From positions 124,001-188,000 of the IMG/VR virus record IMGVR_UViG_3300046694_000296: a stretch of DNA of 64,000 nt. The stretch is one strand, 5' to 3'. The position numbers were made by a program, and so were the translations under genes. Shown one piece after another: positions 28,577-38,309 of this stretch; the stretch's first letter is position 1, and the number at the start of each line of letters is the position of its first letter. The notes beneath the pieces are model-generated. The model was not told where the DNA came from. It did no database searches and saw only the letters and a list, made by a program, of their open reading frames with translations.

Positions 28577-29215
28577 ATGCTGCAATCGGCCCAATCGACT
28601 ATCAATACCCGCACCTCGACCCGCTACGAGGACCACACCGGCATGCTGCACAAACTCGCAAAGCGCGGCTGGGGCCGATTGCAGGAGGCAGGGCTCGACG
28701 TGACCTACGAGGACGTCTACCAGCATATGTGCGAGAGCTTCGTGAAGTGCCAGTCCACCTACAAGGTCGACACCGGCTTCTCGTTCTCGGCGTATTACGG
28801 TCGCTCGATCTGGAACAACTTCAACCACTGGGCCGAGCGCCAGATCGAGGAGAAGCATACGCTTGGCCTCGTCTCGGTCGAGAGCCTGTGCGGCAGCGAC
28901 GACGAAGGCGAAACCGACGTGTTCGAATTCATCGAGCAAGAGGACGACGAAGAGACGCCTGAAGACCGGCTCGCCGCGCGTCAGGAGTCGCACCGGCTTG
29001 CCCGCATGCTCTCGGACGATGCCAAGCGCATGGTCGCGCTGCTCGCGCACCAGACCCCGGCGCTCGAACAGTGGATGGACGAGCGCAACGCGCGCATGTT
29101 GAAAAAGACCTACCAAATCAACCTGTGGCTCATTGGCGAGTTCCTGGGTTTCGAGCGCAAGAAGGTGAGTCGCCTGCGCCTGGAGCTGGAGCGCGTCTAC
29201 GGCGTGGAGCTGTGA
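28577..29215 (+). CDS. Sigma-70-like phage transcription factor
   Basis: EDVYQ...Y..DTGFSFSAYY...IWN resembles sigma region 2; C-terminal HTH-like segment. Confidence 0.55.
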   Translation: MLQSAQSTINTRTSTRYEDHTGMLHKLAKRGWGRLQEAGLDVTYEDVYQHMCESFVKCQSTYKVDTGFSFSAYYGRSIWNNFNHWAERQIEEKHTLGLVSVESLCGSDDEGETDVFEFIEQEDDEETPEDRLAARQESHRLARMLSDDAKRMVALLAHQTPALEQWMDERNARMLKKTYQINLWLIGEFLGFERKKVSRLRLELERVYGVEL

Positions 29216-29829
29216 TGAGCCACCCGAGCTGCTTCGGGCTGCCGTCGGTGTTCACCGCGAGCACGCAGACCTGCACGGCGTGCGCCTCGCGCAGCGAATG
29301 CGTGAGCGCCTGCTATTCGATGCTCGTCTCGCTCTCGGACAAGATCGACGTGACGGCCCCGCTCGCGCAGCTAGAGCGCACGGCCCGCGTCGTGACCGCG
29401 CAGTCGATACCCGCGCACGCGGTCGCAACGACGATCGCGGCGCCCGCGCCCGCCGCAGTGCAGGTGAACCTGGCGCACGGTGAGCGCGAGCATGACCTTC
29501 TTACGAGCCTGCCTGTGCGGGTGCAAAAGGTGATGCGCCCGCTTCTCAAGCGCGGCGGGGATGCCCGCGCACGCCTTGCGCTCGCGAAAGGGCAGAACCC
29601 CTTCGACGGGCGCGGCCCGCAGTGGTTGCGCCTTGCCGGTGAAAAGCTCCTCGCCGGCAGCTTCACCAAGGGCGAGCTGCGGCACGCCTACATCAACGAA
29701 TACGGCTGGTCGGAGTCGACCGCCTTCTCGCGCGTGTCCATCGTCGTGTCGGTGATTCCGGCGTTGCGTCTGGGCCGCGTCAGGGGCGACACGGTGCTTC
29801 GTGCGCCGACGCTCGCCCGGGATCATTGA
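29215..29829 (+). CDS. Hypothetical protein with a Cys cluster
   Basis: PSCFG...CTAC...ECVSAC; TGATG coupling. Confidence 0.7.
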   Translation: MSHPSCFGLPSVFTASTQTCTACASRSECVSACYSMLVSLSDKIDVTAPLAQLERTARVVTAQSIPAHAVATTIAAPAPAAVQVNLAHGEREHDLLTSLPVRVQKVMRPLLKRGGDARARLALAKGQNPFDGRGPQWLRLAGEKLLAGSFTKGELRHAYINEYGWSESTAFSRVSIVVSVIPALRLGRVRGDTVLRAPTLARDH

Positions 29830-29860
29830 AGCATCAACCCATTCACCGCAGGAGCTCAAG

Positions 29861-32800
29861 TTGAATATCAAGCACCTCCTGTCCGCGCGCAGCGATTTCT
29901 CGCTCGGGGAGTCCACCTTGCAGGTCGGCACCCTGATCGACACCGCGAAGGCGCAGGGCTATGAGACGGTCGCCCTCGTGGACAACATGACCATCTCCAA
30001 CATGGTCGCGTTCACCGACAAGGCGAAGAAAGCGGGGATCAAGCCGATCGTGGGCTGCACGATTCGCATGGTCGACGATCCGACCTACCGCAAGCCGCCG
30101 AAGGCGTCGGGTGAGGTCGAGCGTCCGAACCCGCTCGTCATGCTCAAGGTCTACGCCAAGACCGACGCGGGCCTGCGCAGCCTCATGAAGCTGCTCTCCA
30201 AGGGAAACAGCCCGGAATACTTCTACTACCACTCGCGCGTGGGCCTCGAGGACGTGCTGCAGCTGGAGGAGTGCGCGGTGAGCACGGGCGACTTCTATGG
30301 CCTGTTCCATCACAAGCGCTGGGAGGAGATCGCATACCGGCTAAGCGAAAAGTTCGGCCGCGACTTCTGCGTCGAATTCGTGCCCGGCGGCACGCCGCTG
30401 CACAAGACGCTCAACAAGCTCGCGCTCCTTTGCCACGACCGCTTCATTTCGACGCCGATCGGCACCTGGCCCGCGCTCTATGCGACCGACGATCAAGCCG
30501 ACAGCCTCGACGTGCTGCGCGCGATTCTCGGCAACAACAAGATGACCGACAGGTGGCTCAACAAGCCCTACCTGCGCAACTTCTCGATCCGCGCGCCGGG
30601 CGATCTGGTGCGCGCGCTCGTCGCGGAAGGCTTGCCCGCGAAGGAGATCATCAACGGCAACCAGGCGCTTGTCGATTCGTGCACGTTCGAATTCAAGAAG
30701 CTCGAGCCGTGTCTGCCGAAGATGGCCGACGACGAGTTTCTGGCGCTGGTCGAGCAGGTCAAGAAAGGCTGGGCGCAGCGCTTCGCCGCGCCCGTGCTCG
30801 GGCATCAGCCCGCGCCCGAAGAGCTGCCGCAATACAAAGCGCGCCTCGCTTACGAACTGGACGTGCTGCGCAAGATGGGCTTCTCGGGCTACTTCCTGCT
30901 GGTGCAGCACATCGTGCAGTGGAGCAAGCAAAACGGCATTCTGGTCGGCCCCGGCCGCGGTTCGGTAGGTGGGAGCCTCGTCGCCTATCTGATGGGAATC
31001 ACTGACGTCGATCCGATCCGCTTCAACCTGCTGTTCGAGCGTTTCATCAATCCTGAGCGTCTTGACTTGCCCGACGCCGACCTCGACTTTATGTCCAAGC
31101 GCCGGCATGAGGTGATCGACTACATCGCCGAGCACTTCGGGCGCGAGAACGTCGCGGGCGTGTCCAACTACAACACGATGGGCGCCGCGGGCGTGATGCG
31201 CGATACCTCGCGCGTGCACGAACTCAACCCGTTCGACTACGCCTGCTCGAAGCAGATGGAAAAGCAGCACGGGGTTTCCCTCTCGCTGGAAGAGTCCGCT
31301 GCGATCGTGCCGGAGATCGACAAGTTCAAGGGCCAGTTTGCCGGCATCTGGAAGCATATGGTCAACCTCGAAGGCGCGGCGCGCGGGCTCGGGCAGCACG
31401 CCGCCGGTGTGATCGTCGCGGGTGAGCCGATCATCAACCGCGCCGTGGTCGAGACACGCACCGGCGGGCCGGTGTGCAATTGGGACAAGCGCACGGTCGA
31501 GGACTTCGGGCTCATCAAGATGGACATCTTGGGCCTGACCAACCTCGACGTGATGAAGCTCGCGGCCGACTACATCAAGGAGCGACACGGCAAGTCGATC
31601 GACTTCCTGCGTCTGCCGCTCGATGACAAGAAGGTGATGGAGGCATTCGGGCGGGGCGACACCACGGGCGTGTTCCAGTTCGAGTCGCCCGGCATGCGTC
31701 GGTTGCTGCGCGAGATGGCGCTCGCGGGTCCGGTGACCTTCGACGACCTCGTGGCGGTGGTCGCGCTCTATCGTCCGGGTCCGCTCGACGCGGGTCTGTG
31801 CGACGACTACGTGGCGATCAAGCAAGGGTCCAAGCAACCCTACTACGAGCACCCGAACATGGCGCCCGCGCTGAAGGACACCTACGGGGTGATCGTGTAT
31901 CAGGAGCAGGTGATGCAGATCGCGCGGGACTTGGCGGGCTTCACGATGGCCGGCGCCGACCACCTGCGTAAAGCGATGGGCAAGAAGGACAAGGAGAAGA
32001 TGGCCGAGATGCGCCAGAAGTGGGTCGATGGCTGTATGACGCACTCAGGCATGTCCGAAGGCACGGCGCACGCGCTCTTTGACAAGATCGAAGTGTTCGC
32101 CGGCTACGCCTTCAACAAGTCGCACTCGGTGGAATATGCGGTGATTTCATTCTGGACGATGTGGCTCAAGTGCTACTACCCGGCCGAATACTTCGCCGCC
32201 TCGCTCACCGAAATCGACAAAGAAGAGAAGCGCGAACCGCTCGTGCAGGACGCGCGGCGCATGGGCATGCAGGTCTTGCCACCCGACATCAACCATTCGA
32301 GCGCACGGGTAGAGATCGTGGGCGAGGACAAGCTCTACGCCCCGTTCCAGGCGCTCAAGGGTCTGTCCGAGAAGGCTGCGGGCTACATCGTCGATGCGCG
32401 CAACAAGTGGGGCAAGCCCTTTGCCAACCGCACCGACCTCGACGCGGCACTGAAGGCGGCGGAATACTCGGGCCGGCACATCAACCAGAGCGTGAAGGAC
32501 AAGCTGGTGCTCATTGGTGCCTTCGCCGAGTGCGAGGGCGACAAGGTGCCCGCCATGCACCCCGATCGGCTGAAAAACCGCATCGAGCTTCTGCCAGGTT
32601 TCACGGTCGATACTGTGAAAGCTGATCGAACGCTCAACGCTGAGCACCTTGCCTTGCTGCAACTGGTGCGCATCGGTGAGGAGACGCGCTCATGCGAGAA
32701 GTGTTCGCTCAAGGGCGGCTGTCACCCGATGCCGCGCATCGGTAAGACGCCGAAGTTCATGGTGGTGTCCGACAACCCGAACTGGCAGGAGGAGAAGGCG

Positions 32801-33205
32801 GGCAAGCTGCTCGAAGGCGACAACGCGAAGCTCGTCATCAACGCACTGAAGGAAGCGGGGCTCTCGGCGCAGGACGGCTATTTCACCACGCTGGTGAAGT
32901 CGGGCAAGCCGAAGGAGCAGAAGACGCTCACCAACGAGCAGATAAATGCGTGTAGCCAATATCTGCAGCGTGAGCTTGAAGTCCTCAAGCCACCAGTCAT
33001 CGTAACGCTCGGCTCAAATGCCGCCCGTTTCTTCGCGCCGACTGTAAAGGGTGGATCAATGGAGTTGGCTGGGAAAGTTATCTTCGATCCAAAGCGCGAT
33101 GCGTCGATTGTGTTCGGGATCAATCCGGGTCAAATCTTCCACGATCCGGGCAAGTATGCGGTCCTTCAGACGGTGGCAGCAAAAGTAGCTGATTTGGTCA
33201 GTTGA
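29861..33205 (+). CDS. dnaE: DNA polymerase III alpha (DnaE) with a C-terminal uracil-DNA-glycosylase-family domain
   Basis: PHP domain, GRGSVGGS, PDADLDF, KMDILGL, GVFQFES and FNKSHS motifs; C-terminus CEKCSL...FMVVSDNP...C..YL.RE...KP..IVTLG. Confidence 0.93.
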   Translation: MNIKHLLSARSDFSLGESTLQVGTLIDTAKAQGYETVALVDNMTISNMVAFTDKAKKAGIKPIVGCTIRMVDDPTYRKPPKASGEVERPNPLVMLKVYAKTDAGLRSLMKLLSKGNSPEYFYYHSRVGLEDVLQLEECAVSTGDFYGLFHHKRWEEIAYRLSEKFGRDFCVEFVPGGTPLHKTLNKLALLCHDRFISTPIGTWPALYATDDQADSLDVLRAILGNNKMTDRWLNKPYLRNFSIRAPGDLVRALVAEGLPAKEIINGNQALVDSCTFEFKKLEPCLPKMADDEFLALVEQVKKGWAQRFAAPVLGHQPAPEELPQYKARLAYELDVLRKMGFSGYFLLVQHIVQWSKQNGILVGPGRGSVGGSLVAYLMGITDVDPIRFNLLFERFINPERLDLPDADLDFMSKRRHEVIDYIAEHFGRENVAGVSNYNTMGAAGVMRDTSRVHELNPFDYACSKQMEKQHGVSLSLEESAAIVPEIDKFKGQFAGIWKHMVNLEGAARGLGQHAAGVIVAGEPIINRAVVETRTGGPVCNWDKRTVEDFGLIKMDILGLTNLDVMKLAADYIKERHGKSIDFLRLPLDDKKVMEAFGRGDTTGVFQFESPGMRRLLREMALAGPVTFDDLVAVVALYRPGPLDAGLCDDYVAIKQGSKQPYYEHPNMAPALKDTYGVIVYQEQVMQIARDLAGFTMAGADHLRKAMGKKDKEKMAEMRQKWVDGCMTHSGMSEGTAHALFDKIEVFAGYAFNKSHSVEYAVISFWTMWLKCYYPAEYFAASLTEIDKEEKREPLVQDARRMGMQVLPPDINHSSARVEIVGEDKLYAPFQALKGLSEKAAGYIVDARNKWGKPFANRTDLDAALKAAEYSGRHINQSVKDKLVLIGAFAECEGDKVPAMHPDRLKNRIELLPGFTVDTVKADRTLNAEHLALLQLVRIGEETRSCEKCSLKGGCHPMPRIGKTPKFMVVSDNPNWQEEKAGKLLEGDNAKLVINALKEAGLSAQDGYFTTLVKSGKPKEQKTLTNEQINACSQYLQRELEVLKPPVIVTLGSNAARFFAPTVKGGSMELAGKVIFDPKRDASIVFGINPGQIFHDPGKYAVLQTVAAKVADLVS

Positions 33206-33248
33206 GCCTCACTATACTCGGTAGCGTCTAGTAAGTAACAGGTGACAT

Positions 33249-33746
33249 ATGGAACAGTGGAAAGACGTCGTTGGCTACGAAGGGCGCTATCAGGTATCGG
33301 ATCTCGGCAATGTGCGCAGCTTGCCGAATGCAACACGCTCGGGGGTCCGGCTTTTGGCGCTCAACACATTTCGCAACGGCTACAAATACGTGAACCTCTA
33401 TCGAGGCACGTCAAAGAAGGAGAAGTGGCTCGTGCACATGCTGGTCGCGCAGGCATTTATTGGCTCTGCACCGGTCGGGCAAGAAGTTCGGCACCGCGAC
33501 GGCGTGCGCGGGAACTGCGCGCTTACCAACCTATGTTACGGAACGCGAGTAGAGAACCAAGCAGATCGGATCGAGCATGGGACGTCTAATCAAGGCGTTA
33601 GGCATCCCCGCGCCAGGCTCGTAGAGACGCAAGTATTGGAGATTAGAAACTCCAATGAGATCGCTTCAACATTAGCAGCAAAGTATTCAGTTTCAGAGTC
33701 GCTGATCCACCAGATCAAGCGATGCCAAGTATGGCGACACATTTAA
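33249..33746 (+). CDS. NUMOD4-HNH homing endonuclease
   Basis: EQWKDVVGYEGRYQVSDLGNVRS (NUMOD4); VHMLVA..F...VRHRDG...N...NL (HNH); lower GC than neighbours. Confidence 0.9.
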   Translation: MEQWKDVVGYEGRYQVSDLGNVRSLPNATRSGVRLLALNTFRNGYKYVNLYRGTSKKEKWLVHMLVAQAFIGSAPVGQEVRHRDGVRGNCALTNLCYGTRVENQADRIEHGTSNQGVRHPRARLVETQVLEIRNSNEIASTLAAKYSVSESLIHQIKRCQVWRHI

Positions 33747-33762
33747 CACTCAAGGAACGAAC

Positions 33763-34419
33763 ATGACAACTGACACCTTCTCCGTCGAGGAAATCGGCGC
33801 AATCGTCGGCGATATCGAGAACCCGCCCGTCGGCGGCACGAACGCAGCTGCCACCGCGCCCACTGTCGCCGCCTCCGCCAACGCACCGGCCGCGCAGCCT
33901 GCGGCAACCGTCTCGGGCCTGAAGGTCTTCGTGGATGCCGACCAGCTGAAGAAGGATCTGGCGGTCAACCCGAACGATCTGGACGACGCGGTGACCAGCC
34001 AAGCGCCGATGTTCGTGCACTACGCGCAGCAAGCCGCGTATGCGCGCCGCCAGTATGAGAAGAGCAAGCTCGCCGCTGAGATCATGGAAAGCCAGCTCGA
34101 TAGCGCCTGGCGCAAGAAGCTCGCGGAAGACGGCGGCAAGGTGACCGAGAAGATGGTCGAGAACGCCGTGAAGGCCGATCCGCGCTATGCGAAGGCACAC
34201 AATCAGGTGATCGAGGCCCGGGCGCTCTTTGACATCGCGAACGACGCGCGTGAAGCCTATATGCAGCGCAAGGACATGATCGTGCAGGTGTCGGTCGATC
34301 GCCGTCGCGAGCGCGAAGGGCAGATGCGCATTCTCGCGGCGAAGGAAGGCGAGAACGCAACGCAGTCGGGCCGTGAAGCCGCGCTCGCCGCAGAAGCCGC
34401 GCGCCGCCAAGCCGCCTGA
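33763..34419 (+). CDS. UvsY-like recombination mediator (putative)
   Basis: LKKDL.VN..DL...helical..V.AD pattern similar to T4 UvsY; located next to SSB and RecA. Confidence 0.5.
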   Translation: MTTDTFSVEEIGAIVGDIENPPVGGTNAAATAPTVAASANAPAAQPAATVSGLKVFVDADQLKKDLAVNPNDLDDAVTSQAPMFVHYAQQAAYARRQYEKSKLAAEIMESQLDSAWRKKLAEDGGKVTEKMVENAVKADPRYAKAHNQVIEARALFDIANDAREAYMQRKDMIVQVSVDRRREREGQMRILAAKEGENATQSGREAALAAEAARRQAA

Positions 34420-34448
34420 CAGGATCTTTTAACTTTTGCGTGGTCCGG

Positions 34449-34469
34449 TGAGTCACCCGTTACTATACT
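34449..34469 (+). promoter_or_regulatory. Operator + -10 box (ssb)
   Basis: TGAGTCACCCGTTAC-TATACT. Confidence 0.75.
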
Positions 34470-34568
34470 TAAGAGGGCAGGGTGAGACGGTGAAGCGAGA
34501 GCACACCGGATCGTCCGCAAAACCTGTGACTTACGACCTAAAAACTTCTGACTAAGGAAAACGAAACT

Positions 34569-35576
34569 ATGTCTACTGCTCAACTGATGGAACTGCTTGC
34601 GAAGCGCAAGGCTGCAACGGGCGGCGCAAAAACGATCAAGCCGAAGGCTGGTCGCAACCGCTACCGCATCCTCCCGGGCTGGCGCACCAACGGCGACCCG
34701 ACGTTCTTCCACGACTTCGGTCAGCACTTCATCAAGGACGCAGCGGGTCAGGTGAAGGCAGTCTACATCTGTGCGGACAAGACCTTCGGTCGTCCGTGCG
34801 AGGTGTGCGACGCGGTGGCACAAGGCATCGCCGCATCGACCGATGACGTGACGAAAAAGCGCATCGAGGAAGCGAAGTCGAGCGGCCGCGTGTTGCTCAA
34901 CGTCCTCGAGCTCGACGGCACGCAGCCGACGGTGCCGCAGATCCTCGAAGTCGCGCCCTCGGTGTTCAACGGCAAGAAGGGCGTCGGCGGCATCATCGCG
35001 CTGTTCGACGAATGGCCCAACATGCTCGATCCGAACACCGGCCACGACATCATCGTCGAGAAGTCGGGCTCGGGCCTCGACACCGCCTACAGCGTGCAGA
35101 TCGCGGGCTCCTCGAAGCCGGTCCCAGCCGAAGCGCTCACGAAGCTGGTTGACCTCGACGCCTACGTGATGCAGGAAAACGCGCAAGCGCAGCAGCGTGC
35201 ACTCGCCTCGGTTCGCGCCGTCGCAGGTCTGCCTGCTCCGACGCAGACCTACGCACCGGCAGCCCTGCCGCCGGGCGCAGCGAACGCCTACACCGCGCAA
35301 GAGCCGGCACCGTGGGAAGCCGACGACACGCTCGACATCGGCTCGTTGTCGAACCCGGTAGCGGCCGCAGCAGTGGCCCAGCCGGTCGCAGCACCGGCAC
35401 CGGCACCGGCGGCGCCCGCAGCAACCGTGGAAGTCGCAGCAGCGGTCGCAGCGGTTGCTACGCAGCCGGTCGCAGCAGCCGCTCCCGCAGCGGTGGCCCA
35501 GCCCGTAGCCGCAGCCGCCCCGGCAGCAGCAGGCACGGGTGACCCGGAGCTCGACGCTCTGCTCGCGGGCCTGTAA
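34569..35576 (+). CDS. Single-stranded DNA-binding protein (gp32-like)
   Basis: RYRILP, H..C...C..C Zn site, DPNTGHDI motif, flexible tail ending ELDALLAGL. Confidence 0.7.
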   Translation: MSTAQLMELLAKRKAATGGAKTIKPKAGRNRYRILPGWRTNGDPTFFHDFGQHFIKDAAGQVKAVYICADKTFGRPCEVCDAVAQGIAASTDDVTKKRIEEAKSSGRVLLNVLELDGTQPTVPQILEVAPSVFNGKKGVGGIIALFDEWPNMLDPNTGHDIIVEKSGSGLDTAYSVQIAGSSKPVPAEALTKLVDLDAYVMQENAQAQQRALASVRAVAGLPAPTQTYAPAALPPGAANAYTAQEPAPWEADDTLDIGSLSNPVAAAAVAQPVAAPAPAPAAPAATVEVAAAVAAVATQPVAAAAPAAVAQPVAAAAPAAAGTGDPELDALLAGL

Positions 35577-35597
35577 TCGAAGCCTGATGTAACGACC

Positions 35598-35626
35598 AGC
35601 GGCGAGGCTCACCCCTCGCCGCTTTT
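35598..35626 (+). terminator. Rho-independent terminator
   Basis: AGCGGCGAGG-loop-CCTCGCCGCT-TTT. Confidence 0.75.
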
Positions 35627-35644
35627 CAATGAGAGGTTTCGATA

Positions 35645-36586
35645 GTGGCAAAGAACACCATCCTCGTCGACGGCAACAGCATCGGGCGAGCCTCGCACAA
35701 GGGCACCGTGCTGACCGTGGGTAGCTTCCAGACGCAAGCCATCTTCGGCTTCGTGCGCTCAATGGGCGCGCTCTACCGCGACTACCCCGCCTTCAACGCG
35801 TCGTTTGTCCTGTGGGACGGCAGGGCCGATCATCGCTATGCGATCTACCCCGACTACAAGTTGAAGCGCGCAGAGGCGATGAGCGACCCGGAAGTGAAAG
35901 CCGACAAAGAGGCATACAACGCGCAGCTGCCGTTCATCAAGAAGGCGCTCGACATGCTCGGCGTGCCGCAGATGGTCAATTCGGCGCTCGAAGCTGACGA
36001 CCTCGCGGGCTACTTCGTGCCGCGTCTGACGAAGACGGGCAAGGTGCTACTCGTCACGGGCGACTCAGACTGGTGGCAGCTCGTCGGCCCTGACTGCGAT
36101 TGGTTTGATCCTCGCAAAGCGGGAATGTATGTGTCGATCGCCGACTTCTTCCAGAAGACGGGCTACTTCACCCCGGACGAATACATCGAGGGCAAGGCGC
36201 TGATCGGGGATTCGACCGACGACATTCCGCCGGCCGGTGGCATCGGCAAGAAGGGCGCACCCGAATTCATGGCGCAGTTCCGCTCGATGGAGAAGTTCCG
36301 CGCGCTCTGTGACTCGGGCGAGTTCCAGCCAAAGCTCAAGAAGCACGTCGAGCTGTGGAAGGGCGAGAGCCGCCGCAACTGGGACAGGAACATGCAGCTG
36401 ATGGACCTGCGCAACGCGCCCGCACCGGACCCGGCCAAGACGACGATCATCCCGGGCACGCTCAACGAGGATGGGTTTCGCGCGCTGTGTGAGCGCCTTG
36501 CATTTCGGTCGATTCTTGCGCAATGGGATCACTTCATGAACCCATTTCGCCAACGCTACGAGGCGCGTCTCGCACGCGCCGCCTGA
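35645..36586 (+). CDS. 5'-3' exonuclease / flap endonuclease
   Basis: LVDGNS, YPDYK..R, EADDL, TGDSD, GDSTDDIP and GIGKK motifs. Confidence 0.92.
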   Translation: MAKNTILVDGNSIGRASHKGTVLTVGSFQTQAIFGFVRSMGALYRDYPAFNASFVLWDGRADHRYAIYPDYKLKRAEAMSDPEVKADKEAYNAQLPFIKKALDMLGVPQMVNSALEADDLAGYFVPRLTKTGKVLLVTGDSDWWQLVGPDCDWFDPRKAGMYVSIADFFQKTGYFTPDEYIEGKALIGDSTDDIPPAGGIGKKGAPEFMAQFRSMEKFRALCDSGEFQPKLKKHVELWKGESRRNWDRNMQLMDLRNAPAPDPAKTTIIPGTLNEDGFRALCERLAFRSILAQWDHFMNPFRQRYEARLARAA

Positions 36587-36598
36587 AGGACACAGAAC

Positions 36599-36853
36599 AT
36601 GGACGACATTGTGATTGAAAAGAACGTCCCGCCGCCGAAGGCAGGACACGGTTCATGGGGCAGCGTGCTTGCCCGCATGGAGATCAACGACTCGTTCGTC
36701 GCCGACGACGAGAAGGCAGCACGCGGGGCGATTCGCGTCGCGGCCGCGCGCCAGAACATTCACCTGACGATCCGCAAAGAAGTGGACGCAGCCGGCAAAC
36801 CCGTTGAAGGAAAGATGCGCGTGTGGCGCATCGCAAAGGAGCAAGCAGAATGA
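36599..36853 (+). CDS. Hypothetical small DNA-binding-like protein
   Basis: IEKNVPPP...MEINDSF...RVWR pattern. Confidence 0.65.
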   Translation: MDDIVIEKNVPPPKAGHGSWGSVLARMEINDSFVADDEKAARGAIRVAAARQNIHLTIRKEVDAAGKPVEGKMRVWRIAKEQAE

Positions 36854-37899
36854 GCGCAGCAGACGATCTGGCAAAAGCAATCCTGGGCGCGGTGGGCGCC
36901 AACGACGACGAGCTGGAGGTGCCCGGCTACATCGACACTGGCTATGAGCCGCTGAACGAGATCTTGACCGGCGACCCGAAGAACGGCGGCATCCCGATTG
37001 GGCGCATCGTCGAAATCTTCGGCCCGTCGAGCTCCGGTAAGACGTGGCTCGCGACGCAGATCATGGTCGCCGCACAGAAGGCGGGCGGGGTGTCGATGTT
37101 CATGGACCACGAACTGACGTTCCAGCAGCCGTTTGCGGAGCGCAGCGGCCTGAACCCGCAGTTCCCGTTCTTCATTTACAAGCGCCCGCCGACGTGGGAA
37201 GAGTCCAACACGCTCGCGCTGCAAGCCGCTGAAGCGATCCGCAAGAGCAAGAAGCTCGACCCGCTGGCGCCCATCGTGTGCGTGTTCGATTCGGTCGCCG
37301 CGATGATCCCGAAGTCCGTCTGGGAGAAGGGCATCGGCGAATACTCGATGAACGACACGACGGCGCTCGCGCGGGTGTCCTCGACGACGATCAAGGCGGT
37401 CAACCAGAAGGCGGCAGAGTTCAACCTGACCATCGTCTACCTGAACCAGATCCGCACGAAACCCGGCGTGGTCTACGGTGACCCGACCACGACGCCGGGC
37501 GGCTCGTCCTTCGAGTTCTACGCGACGATGCGCCTCGCGCTCGGCAAGAAGTTCATCCGTGCGAAGGTCAACGGCAAGGACGAGATCGTCGGACAGCTGA
37601 TGGGCATCGAGACGAAGAAGAACAAGCTCTCGCGGCCGCGTCAGGAAGTCGACCTGCGCCTGCAGTTCGAGGACGACGGCATGACGAAGGTGAACCTCAC
37701 GCTCTCGCTGCTGGACTACGCGGTCGCCACGGGCAAGCTGAAGAAGCTCTCCACGGGCCGCATCGAGTGGGTCAATGGTTCGAGCTACCCGCCGGGCCAG
37801 CTCGCCGACATGATCGACAAGGGCGGCCTGAAGCCGGTCTTGCTGAACATTCTCTACCCGGCGCACTACCCGGCAGTCACGCCCGCTGCCGCAGCCTAA
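36850..37899 (+). CDS. recA: RecA/UvsX recombinase
   Basis: GRIVEIFGPSSSGKT, DSVAAM, NQIR, TTPGG and KNK motifs. Confidence 0.93.
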   Translation: MSAADDLAKAILGAVGANDDELEVPGYIDTGYEPLNEILTGDPKNGGIPIGRIVEIFGPSSSGKTWLATQIMVAAQKAGGVSMFMDHELTFQQPFAERSGLNPQFPFFIYKRPPTWEESNTLALQAAEAIRKSKKLDPLAPIVCVFDSVAAMIPKSVWEKGIGEYSMNDTTALARVSSTTIKAVNQKAAEFNLTIVYLNQIRTKPGVVYGDPTTTPGGSSFEFYATMRLALGKKFIRAKVNGKDEIVGQLMGIETKKNKLSRPRQEVDLRLQFEDDGMTKVNLTLSLLDYAVATGKLKKLSTGRIEWVNGSSYPPGQLADMIDKGGLKPVLLNILYPAHYPAVTPAAAA

Positions 37900-37952
37900 G
37901 AAATCGCCGTCCCTATACTCGAAAGCAAGTCAAACGAGTATGGGGACAAGCG

Positions 37953-38309
37953 ATGGAACAACACGTGATCGAATTTGCGCCGCCGGCCGAAGGGCTCGAC
38001 GGCGTTTTGCCATTCAACACCTTTCGCCTCGGGCGCGTGTGGCATGAGCGTCTGAAAACGGGCGACGAGGTGTTCCTCATGTGGGCGAAGAAGATGCAGG
38101 TGTTCGCCCGCGCCCGCGTCGGTGCCGTCTACAAGGGGAAGCTACGCGAGCTCGCCAATGAGCATGCGCGCTTCAACCACAACCAGCTTGCGCTGGACGT
38201 CTCAGGTGCCCCGGATCGTCTGATGGTGAACATGACGAAGCGCTACGGGCCGCACCTCATTCACGACAATAAGCTCGCAACGTGCATTTATTTACAGAGG
38301 ATCGAATGA
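37953..38309 (+). CDS. Hypothetical protein (ASCH/PUA-like)
   Basis: NTFR.G......GD.V pattern. Confidence 0.5.
   Translation: MEQHVIEFAPPAEGLDGVLPFNTFRLGRVWHERLKTGDEVFLMWAKKMQVFARARVGAVYKGKLRELANEHARFNHNQLALDVSGAPDRLMVNMTKRYGPHLIHDNKLATCIYLQRIE

Noticed and set aside
29861-33205. Intein or intron in dnaE (also checked dnaB, recA and nrdA)
   Set aside because: Lengths are ordinary, motifs are contiguous and no intein splice motifs are evident.
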